From the IMG/VR virus record IMGVR_UViG_3300013099_000017, positions 80,244-144,243 of that record: a DNA stretch of 64,000 bases; one strand, given 5' to 3'. Within the stretch, counting starts at the first letter, position 1; each line of letters begins with the position of its first letter. The DNA comes from a virus. The translations under genes and the position numbers were made by a program. The notes under the pieces were generated by a model. That model did no database searches and was not told where the DNA came from. It saw only the letters and a list, made by a program, of their open reading frames with translations. This document shows positions 1 through 10,767 of this stretch, in pieces.

Positions 1-46
1 ATTATTTATTATAATTGTTATATAATAACACAAATGGAGAATTATT

Positions 47-1689
47 ATGCCACAACTTAAAGTATGTTTTCCACATACAAAATCATGTTATACAGATGCT
101 TGTATTATAATTGACACATATCACAATGATAGTGAGGATGATATAATCAAACGAGCCAAAGAAAAAATTCAAAATGAAACTAAATTATGTTTTAGTGAAT
201 TTGATGGTTATCGTTCTATTCCTACTACAATAAAGAAAGTATAAATAGCCTATTAAATTATAGGAAAACATAATGTCAAAAGCAACACAAACGATAATTC
301 ATTGGGGATTAATTGGGGTTTTAGTATTTTCAACTTACACATTTATTCAATTATATAATATAATTGAAAATGATTTACAATATACCACTATTGATGGTGT
401 TAAACATTTAAAGGATATTGATATATGATGGAAAACTTTGAAAAATATGCTATTAATACAGTTATTGTTATTGCGTTAATTACAACAATAGTTTCTTTCG
501 TTTATGGTTTTTGGTATATGAAACGAAGCATTAATGCTTGGTTATATTATGATGGTGTAACTACTGAGCAAGTTTGTGAAATGGTAAAGCCTGAATACAT
601 CAAAGATGGATATTGTAAATGAAATTCAGTGAAAGTTATGTAGGGCAACCAGTTTTTATAAAAAACGATACATCTAAATTTGGTTATATTAAGAAATTAT
701 CATTTATTGAATATGATGATTCTGATTCTAATATAAATACCATTAATAATATTTATGTTATAGTTGATCGTGGTGAAACATCAATTGAATATGATATTAA
801 AGAATTAACCCCAGCAAAAGGAAATATGTAATGTATAGAAATTATTTGTATAAATGTCCAATTTGTAGTCATGAGCAGAATTATTCAGTTGATCGAGTGA
901 ATGAACGTTGCTACTGTCAAAAATGTGAAAAAGATGGTAAAGCTGTTTTAATGGATCAAATTAAAGTAAATAAAGATGTCAAGGTTGAACTATTGATTGA
1001 AGATGATTGTAGATGATTGTAGTATTGTCGTTAATAATTAATTCTATTATGGCAGTATTTGCTTTATATATGTTATGGACAGGATTAACGTTATTTAAAA
1101 TGACTGATGAAGAATATTCAAGACATAGGCAATTATTATTACATCCGGAAGAAGATCACACAGGCGATACCACAACATCAATTCTTATGGATAAAGATGG
1201 AAATGTTATAAGACGGGTACGATGTTCTCTTGGTGCAACAAAAAGATTATTACACAAAGTATGGAATAGATAATGGTAGACAAACAGAAAGATTTAGTGT
1301 ATAAAGTATTAATTCATCTTCATGATAAACTTAAACTCAATAAAAAATCTGAGGTAGTTTTTAAAGAATATATGGATTTTTATAAACAGGAAGAACCTGT
1401 AAATGAAAATGATCCAGAAATAATGTATGAAAATTATAAATCATGGTGAAATATTATGGAATATTCAAAAAATATTGATTGGGGTGTTAAAATTAATACC
1501 GATGGTGAAATATCCATTGGTGCTATTATTGATGGTTATATGCAATATCGGGTTTTTACAATTACAGATTTAGAATTCTTTTTAGAAAAAGCAAAAGATC
1601 ATAAAATGGATTTTGATGATCTTGTTTGTGCATACACTAGAGGTGGGATGTCATTAACTGATGCCCTTAAAAAAATTAATCATGGATGA
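47..1689 (+). other. Run of small hypothetical phage genes (47-244, 425-622, 619-831, 831-1016 Zn-ribbon, 1013-1273, 1456-1689 and shorter ones)
   Basis: Head-to-tail ORFs with ATGA/TAATG overlaps; CxxC pairs in 831-1016. Confidence 0.7.
240..247 (+). promoter_or_regulatory. T4-type late promoter
   Basis: Exact TATAAATA in an intergenic position upstream of a small ORF at 273. Confidence 0.55.
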
Positions 1690-2074
1690 AATTCATTTAA
1701 GAAAAAAAGATTTCAAACTTGAATGGTTTAGCGGTACTGGTGCTGGTGGTCAACATAGAAATAAACATCAAAATTGTTGCAGAATAACTCATATTGAAAG
1801 TGGGTTAAAAGCACAAGGTACGGATCATAAATCAAGGGTATCAAATCAAAATGATGCTTTCATGAAATTAGCTAAAATGGTGATATCATTTTACCATGCA
1901 GATAAAATGAAAACACGCATAACAAGATCTGAAACCATTAGAAATTATCATGCTGTTAGAAATGAAGTTCATGATAAAGCAAGTGGACTAAAACAATCAT
2001 ATAAAGATGTGGTTGAAAATGGAAATTTAGGTAAAATGATTAAAGCCCGAATGGAGGCAACACATAATGAATAA
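1682..2074 (+). CDS. ArfB/YaeJ-like peptidyl-tRNA hydrolase (RF-1 domain)
   Basis: GTGAGGQHRNK GGQ motif, then RITHIESG and IRNY; start taken at ATG 1682. Confidence 0.85.
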   Translation: MDEIHLRKKDFKLEWFSGTGAGGQHRNKHQNCCRITHIESGLKAQGTDHKSRVSNQNDAFMKLAKMVISFYHADKMKTRITRSETIRNYHAVRNEVHDKASGLKQSYKDVVENGNLGKMIKARMEATHNE

Positions 2075-2269
2075 TAATACACATTTAACTTTATTGGAAT
2101 TGAAACAGGAAATAGAACAACTTGATTATATTTTAAATCGAAATGATGTGGTGGATATTATAACCACATATATTGACCGTGAAAAACCAATATCAATTGA
2201 TGAATATAAACGTGACATGGGTTTAAGTTATGCCAATGATTTAGATTTTACCCAAATGGGGAATGGTTA

Positions 2270-2452
2270 ATGAAAGTTTATGATTACAAATGTTTAGATA
2301 AAGAATGTGGGATCGTAGATGAACGTTTTGTCAAAGATCCAGATGATTTTCAATTTTGTCAAATATGTGGTTGTGAAATGGAAAAAATGCTATCCGCCCC
2401 AGCAATGGTCAAAGGCAATTTTTATAATGATAAGTGTGGTTCTAAAAAATGA
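2270..2452 (+). CDS. FmdB-family zinc-ribbon protein
   Basis: YDYKC..C ... CQICG ... MEKMLSAP pattern. Confidence 0.75.
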   Translation: MKVYDYKCLDKECGIVDERFVKDPDDFQFCQICGCEMEKMLSAPAMVKGNFYNDKCGSKK

Positions 2453-2588
2453 AAATTTTATATTTTTTTGGTAATATCTTATATGTTCTATTACTACCAT
2501 ATTGGTTATACATGTCTAAATTTCATTGGAAGAAAAATAGTTTATTTATATTAGCACAATATAAAATGGTTTTAACGGGTAAACTTAC

Positions 2589-3173
2589 ATGAGTTCTACA
2601 AATAGAAATGCTGTAAGAAATAAAAACGATTATTATATTACACCAATAAATCAAATTGAATTATTTTGGGAACATTTTACTAAACATAATTATATTAATT
2701 TATATGATTCTGTTCTTGATCCTTCTGCTGGTGGTGATCCGGAACATCCTATTATGCCTTATCCAAGTGTACTACAATCTCATTTCAATCATCCAATAAA
2801 AACGATTGATATTCGGGAAGATAGTATTGCTGAAATCAAGGGAAATTATTTAGACTTGACAATGGATAAAAAGTATAATATAATCGTTGCTAATCCACCA
2901 TTTAATTTGGCAATAGATTTTATTAAAAAAGCATTAAATGATGTTGCTATTGATGGATATGTAATTATGCTTCTGCGTTTAAATTTCTTTGGTAGTGAAA
3001 AGCGTTATAACTTTTTAAAAGATAATATGCCCGAAGAATGTTATGTCCATTCTAAAAGAATGGGGTTTATTCCAGAACAACCAAATAAAACAGATAGTAT
3101 TGAATATGCTCATTTTGTTTGGAGAAATAGACACAATAGGGATTATTCAACTAATTTAAGGATTATAAGATGA
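2589..3173 (+). CDS. DNA N6-adenine (or N4-cytosine) methyltransferase, phage type
   Basis: VLDPSAGG SAM-binding motif, ANPPF catalytic motif, MLLRLNF. Confidence 0.85.
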   Translation: MSSTNRNAVRNKNDYYITPINQIELFWEHFTKHNYINLYDSVLDPSAGGDPEHPIMPYPSVLQSHFNHPIKTIDIREDSIAEIKGNYLDLTMDKKYNIIVANPPFNLAIDFIKKALNDVAIDGYVIMLLRLNFFGSEKRYNFLKDNMPEECYVHSKRMGFIPEQPNKTDSIEYAHFVWRNRHNRDYSTNLRIIR

Positions 3174-3409
3174 TATTAATGGAAGAAATTGGAAAAAATG
3201 GGGAACGGTTTACACAAGAAATTTATACTATGTGTAAAATGCACAACATGACACATCTTGATGCTATTACCTTATTTTGTGAAGAACATGATATGGATGT
3301 GCAGGATGTAATTCCTTTAATTGGTTCAACATTAAAAGAACAAATTAGAATGGAAGCAGAAAAAAGAAGGATGCTTGAAGTTGAACACAATACACCAAGT
3401 CTTTTTTAA
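3170..3409 (+). CDS. T4 gp33-like late-promoter transcription co-activator
   Basis: F.QEI...LDAITLFCEE.D....VIPLI...LKEQIRMEA pattern and size typical of gp33; TATAAATA promoters present in window. Confidence 0.7.
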   Translation: MILMEEIGKNGERFTQEIYTMCKMHNMTHLDAITLFCEEHDMDVQDVIPLIGSTLKEQIRMEAEKRRMLEVEHNTPSLF

Positions 3410-3442
3410 TTATTCGTAAATTTCCAATAGAGGATTAATATA

Positions 3443-3856
3443 ATGTATTCAAATGATGATTTAACTGTTGATATTCTATCTATCTATAGAGATAGAATTA
3501 ATCGAGTTTTAAAACAATTTCCAATTAAATTAGTATCTAACACAACTCATATTATTGATAGATTGAAAGATCGTGATTTAAATAATATGGATTTACGAAC
3601 TGTATTGCAATTATTGTATAGAACGTATTTGCCTGAGTTTATTTATTTGGCAACATTGGAAGAAACCAAAAGACCATTTAAAATTGAAATTAAAAATGAA
3701 CACATTATTATTGTGTTAAGTCGTATTGATGAATATAAATGGAAAATCAATACTGTACTTGATCCGAAGATTCACAGTAAACACGAAAAAACTGGTAATT
3801 ATCAAAAATACATTAATACAGATATACCACTTTCGGGAGACATGGTAAAATGGTAA
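3443..3856 (+). CDS. Hypothetical protein, possible RelE/DUF4258-like RNase fold
   Basis: THIIDRLKDR motif and C-terminal INTVL. Confidence 0.35.
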   Translation: MYSNDDLTVDILSIYRDRINRVLKQFPIKLVSNTTHIIDRLKDRDLNNMDLRTVLQLLYRTYLPEFIYLATLEETKRPFKIEIKNEHIIIVLSRIDEYKWKINTVLDPKIHSKHEKTGNYQKYINTDIPLSGDMVKW

Positions 3857-4058
3857 AAAATTATTATGGCAGAAACACAAGGGTTTATCAAAAAGGGAAA
3901 AATCAACACAAACTTCCTATGCCAAAATTAGTAAGAAATGAAGTTGAAAATAATACTGAATATTTGGAAAACTATTCTTTAAATAACTTACTTAAAATAA
4001 TGTTATATCTTGTCGTATTTTTTGTTATTATGATAGCAACATTCATGGACTAATGTTA

Positions 4059-4316
4059 ATGAATCAAACAAAATTATAAAGTTTATTAGAAACCTCTGTC
4101 AATATAGCAAGTGGATTTATTGTATCTTTATTTTTATGGTCATTTGTGGTTGCTCCATTATGGGGATTAGAAATGAGTACATTTGATAATCTTGGTATTG
4201 TTTCAATTTTCACAGTATCAGCAATTGGGCGTGGTTATGTTTGGCGTAGATTCTTTAATGCTGGAATACACAAAGCGATACACAAATATGTAAACAAATA
4301 TGTAAGGAGTTTTTAA
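4059..4316 (+). pseudogene. Small membrane protein (DUF7220-like) with in-frame TAA at 4077
   Basis: MNQTKL*SLLETSVNIASGF..RGYVWRRFFN read in one frame across the TAA. Confidence 0.55.
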
Positions 4317-5015
4317 TTATGGAATTACCATTTGTATTAAAATTATTTTTCAGTGAATTGATGCTTATAATTCTTTTGGCTTTATGTGGTTTATTTTTTT
4401 CACTGAATGAAACGTACCAAAAATTCTTAACAGGAATATTATTTGGATTGTGTATTATAATGTTAATAACATTATTTTTAGGAGTATGGGGATTTATATG
4501 ATAGAATTACATAGATTTGATGGGAATAAAATATCATTTATAGCAAGAAATATTTTTGCAATTGAACCAAATGAATATTCAAAAAAATGCAATACAAATA
4601 TTTATGTCGTTGGTGATAAAAAAGATAAACCTTCATTTTCCGTATTAGAAAAATATGAAGATGTTTTACGTGATATGGCAAGATTTTCTTAAAGGAAAAA
4701 TAATGAATACGATACAAAGTATTGGATTTATTGAATGCAAAAATTAGCAGTTGATTCAAGAATAAGAATTGAGTTAGAAGGTGTAAAACAATCTGTTCAA
4801 CACATGTTTAATCAAAACAATGAAGAATTAAATAAAATGGTCATGGATGAAATTGATCGACAACTTCAACTGGAATGGGTTCAGGATAAAATTAGATGGT
4901 CTGTTGAATCTTGTATCAAAGAAGCAATAGATGATATTTCTAATAACTACCGATTAAAATCAGCAATTACAGGATTAATCGGAAAATCAATCGAAAAATT
5001 AATTAAGGAACCAAA

Positions 5016-6152
5016 ATGAGACAATTTCCAACTTTATATAAATTTGATACAAAAGGAAAAGTTCGCAGATGGGATATTTATTCTGATGAAAATATTTTTG
5101 TAGTTGAACATGGTTTAGATGGAGGTAAAATTCAATCAAAACCAACAAAATGTAAACCCAAAAATATTGGTAAAACAAACGAAACTACACCCGAAGAACA
5201 GGCTGAAAAAGAAGCTGTTGCAAGATGGGAAAAACAAATTCGTATAGAAGATTATGCCGAAAATATTAATGAAGCTGGGTTACAAAATAGACCAATGTTG
5301 GCACATGATTATCGAAAAGTACCACATCGAGTTAATTGGAATTATACTACATGTCAATTTAAATTAGATGGTCTGCGTTTACTTGGTGGTTATCGTTGGG
5401 ATGATTCAGCACTTGTTGAATTAATGAGCAGAAAGGGTGAGGTTTATCCTATACCACATTTTCAGCGTCCAGTAGAAGAATTACTTGAAATCATTATTGA
5501 TGAAATTGGATATGATTGTCATGCTATTGATGGTGAAGCATATATTCATGGTATGAAATTACAACATATTACAAGTTTAGCAAGAAAAAATAAACCAGAA
5601 TCATTTGATTTAAAATATTACTTATTTGATTTGGTTATGTATCATACTGAATTTGGTGAACGTTTTGGTATTTTAGAAAAAGCATTAAAAATTTATTCAA
5701 ACCGCAATAATGGTAGTGATCATCCATTTGTATTAGTTGAAGTAACATCATGTGAAAATGAAGATCAAATGAAAACTTTTCATGGTCAGGCAATTGAAAA
5801 GGGATATGAGGGTGCTATGATCCGTCATATAAACGGCAAATATAAAAAGGGACGTTCTGCCGATTTATTCAAGTATAAAGAATTTTTTGATGTTGAATGT
5901 AAAATCATTGGAATGAAATCAGATAATAATGATAATGCCATGTTTGTTGTCATTGCTCCCAATGGTGTGGAACTTGATGTAACACCAAAACGTACACACA
6001 AAGAACGTAAAGAAATGTTAAAACATCCTGATGATTATATCGGAAAATGGCTTACTGTTAAATATCAGGCATTAACTGAATCCGGTAATTTACAATTTCC
6101 AATTGGTTTAGATTTACGTGAATGTGGTGATGATGGTAAACCAATTATATGA
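5016..6152 (+). CDS. lig: ATP-dependent DNA ligase
   Basis: Motifs KLDG (I), DGEAY (III), YYLFD (IIIa), YEGAMIR (IV), LFKYK (V) and C-terminal OB domain. Confidence 0.95.
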   Translation: MRQFPTLYKFDTKGKVRRWDIYSDENIFVVEHGLDGGKIQSKPTKCKPKNIGKTNETTPEEQAEKEAVARWEKQIRIEDYAENINEAGLQNRPMLAHDYRKVPHRVNWNYTTCQFKLDGLRLLGGYRWDDSALVELMSRKGEVYPIPHFQRPVEELLEIIIDEIGYDCHAIDGEAYIHGMKLQHITSLARKNKPESFDLKYYLFDLVMYHTEFGERFGILEKALKIYSNRNNGSDHPFVLVEVTSCENEDQMKTFHGQAIEKGYEGAMIRHINGKYKKGRSADLFKYKEFFDVECKIIGMKSDNNDNAMFVVIAPNGVELDVTPKRTHKERKEMLKHPDDYIGKWLTVKYQALTESGNLQFPIGLDLRECGDDGKPII

Positions 6153-6922
6153 ATAAATTGAGGGAAAATCAGGGGGGATATTTCATAACACGAAAATCCC
6201 CGTTTATTGAAGGTGTTGAATTTAAGAAAAAAGCTATTGAAGTTGTATTTAATTTTGCTTATGCTATGACATTTGGAGAAGGTGAACATCGAGATCATAG
6301 AACTGGTGGAAGTTATAATAGAAAAAAAGGTCAAATTTTCATTAATGCTTTCCAAGGTAAATTAGCCGAAATAGCTATATTTGATGTATTCAATAAAATA
6401 AATAAGGAAGCATATAATAAATTATCTAAGATAGATTTTGATATTTATGGTTTGGGTGAATGGGATGATAGTGATATAGTTTTGGGAAAATTGAAATTTT
6501 CGATTAAATCTACAAAACATTATGGAAATTTATTATTACTTGAAACGAAAGATTGGAATAATGCAGGGGAATATCTTCCAAATAAAAATACAGATAAAAC
6601 TTGCATATATGATTATTTTGTATTAGTTAGAATTAAGCCTGATGGTGAAAAAGTAATGAAGGAAAATAGATTACTATATTCTAATGATTATATTGAGAAG
6701 GATCATTTGTTTTCATTAATATATCAAGAACAATGGTTTTATGATATTGCAGGATACATAACCAATAATAACTTTAAATATATAATCGAAAATGATTTTG
6801 TTCTACCAAAGGGGGGATTACTTAATGGTAAGATACCTATGGATGCCGAAAACTATTATGTTCAAAGTGGCGATTTAAATGATTTTCAGCGATTAGTTGG
6901 TCGATTTAAAAATACTAATTAA
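6149..6922 (+). CDS. Putative PD-(D/E)xK restriction-like endonuclease
   Basis: QGKLAE helix, then DSD and SIKSTK spacing typical of the fold. Confidence 0.4.
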   Translation: MNKLRENQGGYFITRKSPFIEGVEFKKKAIEVVFNFAYAMTFGEGEHRDHRTGGSYNRKKGQIFINAFQGKLAEIAIFDVFNKINKEAYNKLSKIDFDIYGLGEWDDSDIVLGKLKFSIKSTKHYGNLLLLETKDWNNAGEYLPNKNTDKTCIYDYFVLVRIKPDGEKVMKENRLLYSNDYIEKDHLFSLIYQEQWFYDIAGYITNNNFKYIIENDFVLPKGGLLNGKIPMDAENYYVQSGDLNDFQRLVGRFKNTN

Positions 6923-7104
6923 CTACTTGATTTAAAACGCTATTCTTATTAAATGACGTTTAAATGACCATTTAATAAGAATATCCATCCTACCACACCA
7001 ATTCACATATTAAAACGTCATTTAAACGTCAAATAAAAGCAACTTTTCCTTATAAATCAACAACTTATCCCATAATAAGAAAATCCTTATAAATCAATGA
7101 CTTA
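6923..7104. repeat. Nested inverted repeats and three IHF-consensus sites
   Basis: TATTCTTATTAAATG/CATTTAATAAGAATA and TGACGTTTAAATGAC/GTCATTTAAACGTCA inverted pairs; AATCAA-N4-TTA twice on + strand and once on - strand. Confidence 0.65.
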
Positions 7105-7183
7105 GAAAAAGCCTTGGTATTGTTGGAAACTCATATAAACACTGAAAAATATTCATATTAAGTATGAATATTATGCATATTAA

Positions 7184-7313
7184 AAAAATAATGCTTGACA
7201 GGGGTTGACAAGATTTCAACTAGTGGTATAATTCCACTGTTAATAATGAATGTTAGGGATCTATAATATATTATGTAGAAGAAAAAGGTTTGCCTTTGGC
7301 AATGCCGTAGGCA
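7184..7313 (+). repeat. Duplicated sigma70 promoter element, copy 1
   Basis: TTGACA twice, TTGACA-N16-TATAAT with extended TG; near-identical to 54441-54566. Confidence 0.85.
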
Positions 7314-7342
7314 GTTAATTAATGAATAATAAGGAATAAATA

Positions 7343-7660
7343 ATGAATTTAAAGTTTGATAAAGAACATTGGTTAAAAGATAAAGAGTATTTTAACAAAA
7401 ATGATGGTGTTGATCTTGATGTTGAATTAATGGATAAGTATAAATATTATTTTTTTGGTTTTATAGATTCTCCTGTTGATATATATGAGAATGTTGTTAT
7501 TGAAGCCAAATCAAATAATTTTCATAATGAAGATAAATTAAGATTATATCTTGATTCATATCGTGGTACTTGTAAAAAATTGATATTGTATTGTATTTTA
7601 CGAAATAATAATGATATGTTAAGATTAAGATATGTAATAATTCCGGAGGATGTTGAATAA
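7343..7660 (+). CDS. Hypothetical protein, tandem paralog 1
   Basis: FDKEHWL.DKE and LRLYLDS.RGT shared with 7660-7965. Confidence 0.8.
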   Translation: MNLKFDKEHWLKDKEYFNKNDGVDLDVELMDKYKYYFFGFIDSPVDIYENVVIEAKSNNFHNEDKLRLYLDSYRGTCKKLILYCILRNNNDMLRLRYVIIPEDVE

Positions 7661-7965
7661 TGCAATTAATATTTGATAAAGAACATTGGTTAAGGGATAA
7701 AGAAGAATTCCAAAATGATCTTGATGAACTTGATGTTGAATTGATGGATAAGTATAAAGACTATTTTTTTGGTTTTATGGAATGTCCGGTTGATTCATAT
7801 TATGACAATCAGTTGATTATTGCTAAAATTACTGATTTATATGATGAAGATGAATTGAGATTATATCTTGACTCACATCGTGGAACTGGGACAAAATTGG
7901 TATTATATCAGATTTTACGCAATGAAAATGGTATGATACGATTAAGATCGGCAATGATTTCATAA
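7660..7965 (+). CDS. Hypothetical protein, tandem paralog 2
   Basis: Clear paralog of 7343-7660. Confidence 0.8.
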   Translation: MQLIFDKEHWLRDKEEFQNDLDELDVELMDKYKDYFFGFMECPVDSYYDNQLIIAKITDLYDEDELRLYLDSHRGTGTKLVLYQILRNENGMIRLRSAMIS

Positions 7966-7966
7966 T

Positions 7967-8048
7967 ATATCTCTTTTGGGATATATATATTTCATGAAAA
8001 TTAAACGATAATACAAGCATAAGATAAATTTCCAAAAGGAAAATAGTT
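7967..8048 (+). promoter_or_regulatory. Degenerate dyad-box promoter cassette
   Basis: TATCTCTTTTGGGATATA, GATAAT at 8007, TTCCAAAAGGAA at 8030. Confidence 0.6.
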
Positions 8049-8257
8049 ATGTCAATCATTACATTAACAGCATTAGTTGAAGATAATGTACTCAATTTAT
8101 ATCCTGCAATATCAAAAGATGATAAGTGGTTTATTAGACATGATGGTGGTGCTAATGGTCAATTCACATTATTTGAAGTTTTAAGCAATGATGAAGTAGT
8201 AATAGTTGATTATTTTTCTACTGTTGATAAAGCAATTGAAGTAGGACAAAAACTATA

Positions 8258-8659
8258 ATGTTATCAATAGTTGATATTAAAGCAGGAAAAGCCATTTTTA
8301 CCGTATCTAATGATAAGGGTGATCATTACACATATAAAGTGAGTAAAGCGGATAATGGTTCTGTTTGGTTTGTTTCAACATTGGTTGGAAGTGATAACGA
8401 GAATTCTTATTCTTATCTTGGTATAATTACTACTGCAAATATTTTCAGATTGACCAAAGGTTCAAAATTTGGTGAAGATTCAAAATCATATAAAATTTTT
8501 AAATGGGTATTTGATATTATCAAAGGTGTCAAATCATTACCAATTGGATATGATGTTAAACATGCAGGATGTTGTTTGAAATGTGGTAGAACTTTGACAA
8601 CACCCGAAAGTATTGATAGTGGTTATGGTCCGGTTTGTCTTAAAAAGGTATATGGTTAA
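8258..8659 (+). CDS. DUF6011-like protein with C-terminal Zn finger
   Basis: CLKCGRTLTTPESIDSGYGPVC. Confidence 0.75.
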   Translation: MLSIVDIKAGKAIFTVSNDKGDHYTYKVSKADNGSVWFVSTLVGSDNENSYSYLGIITTANIFRLTKGSKFGEDSKSYKIFKWVFDIIKGVKSLPIGYDVKHAGCCLKCGRTLTTPESIDSGYGPVCLKKVYG

Positions 8660-9178
8660 TTATGAAACAACTTGAATTTAAACCATATTTTGATGGTGGA
8701 TTAAATTTAGTTGGTGATTATACCGTTGTTTGGTGTGGACGTTCAATTGTTCTTTTGGGTACATATGATGGTATTGAAAATATTGATACTAGAGAATATA
8801 TTATTAACATTAATGATTTGACTTTATAGGTGAAAAATGTTTAAAATTGAAGTACACACCGTTGATGGAGAAACAACTTATACAGCGATAGCAATTGAAG
8901 AAGTTTATAATATTTATTATATTGATGGAACTTGGACTGCTATTGACAAAGATAATAAAATTGTTGATAAAGACAGGTATCGTTATGATTTATTTGATAG
9001 GTTGGAAATGTTATATGAAAAATAAAGAACCATGTATTGATTGTCCGGATAAAGAAGAAATTCTTAAATTATTAAATTCGGTTCATGATAAGGGTGTACC
9101 AAATTGGTCAACATCTGATCTTCAATTGGTTCGTGAAAATTTGAAGTTATTAACTTATCTTTGGTTCAGGGTCGAATT

Positions 9179-10111
9179 ATGAATGTATTGGGATTGTTTT
9201 CTGGTATTGGTGGATTTGAATATGGATTACAAAATGTTGGATATAATATTAAGGCATTATGTGAGATTGAACCATATCCAGTTTCAGTATTAAAGAAAAA
9301 CTTTCCAACTATACCTATAATTAATGACGTTAGGGATATTGTTCATAATTCATTTAAAGATATTGATGTTATTGCTGGTGGATTTCCATGTACAGATATA
9401 TCCAGAGCAGGAAAAATGAATGGTGGTATACGTGGTGAAAAATCTGGATTATGGTTTGAATTTAGGAGAATAATAAATGACATTAAACCAAAATATGCTA
9501 TTATTGAAAACGTCAATTCAATACTTGGAAACGGAATTGAAACAGTCTTATCCAACCTTGCCGAAATCGGGTATGATGCGACTTGGACATCGTATGACAC
9601 AAAATACTTTGGATTACCACAACGTAGAAGTAGAGTGTATATTATTGCCGTTCGTGACGGAATCAAAGACGGAACCGAAATCTTCCAGTTTAAAGAACGT
9701 AGTACAGAACAACACAGATACAAAGTTCAATCTATCAAAAAGAGCTTTGAATGGGATTATACGCAGGATGGAAGAATCGAAAATCCCTTTGCCTTTTTTA
9801 CTAGACAAAGAAGTGATGAATTTGCTTGTACAGGATTAAGTTCTACTTTAATGAAGCGAGATTATAAAGATTTTACCGATATAATAGCCCAAAATGGACA
9901 ATTAAGACGGGTTACACCAACTGAGCGTATGTTGTTGCAGGGGTTTCCAAAAGATTGGCTTATAAAGTCAACTAACACCAATATGTATTCATGCAATGGA
10001 ATGAGTGTACCAGTTATTGAAGAAATTGGAAAACAATTATTTCAATATGATAAAAAATATGGTATGATGTCATATGTTAAAGATATTAAACTACAAAGGA
10101 AATTGTTTTGA
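9179..10111 (+). CDS. DNA cytosine-5 methyltransferase with divergent motif X
   Basis: LFSGIGG, GFPCTD, IENV, PQRRSRVY, ERMLLQGFP; motif X reads YSCNGMSV instead of YKQxGNSV. Confidence 0.93.
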   Translation: MNVLGLFSGIGGFEYGLQNVGYNIKALCEIEPYPVSVLKKNFPTIPIINDVRDIVHNSFKDIDVIAGGFPCTDISRAGKMNGGIRGEKSGLWFEFRRIINDIKPKYAIIENVNSILGNGIETVLSNLAEIGYDATWTSYDTKYFGLPQRRSRVYIIAVRDGIKDGTEIFQFKERSTEQHRYKVQSIKKSFEWDYTQDGRIENPFAFFTRQRSDEFACTGLSSTLMKRDYKDFTDIIAQNGQLRRVTPTERMLLQGFPKDWLIKSTNTNMYSCNGMSVPVIEEIGKQLFQYDKKYGMMSYVKDIKLQRKLF

Positions 10112-10767
10112 AAAAAGATACTTTTAAGTTTGAAGATATTGATAATTTTAATCGACATATTGAATTGTCTATCCCAAATTACAAAGGATTAGTTGATATA
10201 TTCACATCATTTGCTTATGAATTCACTACACATGATGGGGTATTAATTGATTTGGGGTGTAGTACAGGATCATTCTTGGAACAATTGCCAAAAATAAAAA
10301 GTGCTCAATATATTGGTGTTGATGAAGTTGAATTTGTAGATCAAATTAATGTTAATAATGAATTTGATTATACTTTTATTAAAGGTGATATCTTGGATTG
10401 TTTAACTGAATATAATAATGATGATATTGATGTTATTGTATTAATGTTTACATTACAGTTTTTGGGTAATAAAAAACGTAAAAAAGTTGTTCAAGAATTA
10501 AAGAAATTTGTTGAACGTGGTACAACTGTATTAATATCGGAAAAAGTTTATTTAAATGATAGTAAAGTTAATTCTATTTTACAAAGAAACCATAGAGCAA
10601 TGAAGCGTCATAATTTTACTGATACTGAAATAGTAAATAAAGAATATCAATTGGCTGGCTCAATGTTTAATAAATCATATACTGACATTATAGAAGAATT
10701 GAATTTTATTGGAAATGTCAACCAAGTTTGGCAAAGTTATAATTTTATGGGATGGGTGATAAAATGA
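10108..10767 (+). CDS. CmoA-like (carboxy-SAM synthase family) protein
   Basis: FNRHIELSIPNY, DLGCSTG, VLMFTLQFL, LISEK, KRHN..EI..K, WQSYNF align collinearly with E. coli CmoA as recalled; TTG start overlaps the MTase stop, with AAGGA SD. Confidence 0.8.
   Translation: MKKDTFKFEDIDNFNRHIELSIPNYKGLVDIFTSFAYEFTTHDGVLIDLGCSTGSFLEQLPKIKSAQYIGVDEVEFVDQINVNNEFDYTFIKGDILDCLTEYNNDDIDVIVLMFTLQFLGNKKRKKVVQELKKFVERGTTVLISEKVYLNDSKVNSILQRNHRAMKRHNFTDTEIVNKEYQLAGSMFNKSYTDIIEELNFIGNVNQVWQSYNFMGWVIK

Noticed and set aside
7343-7965. Diversity-generating retroelement template/variable repeats
   Set aside because: Differences between paralogs are not adenine-specific and no reverse transcriptase is in the window.
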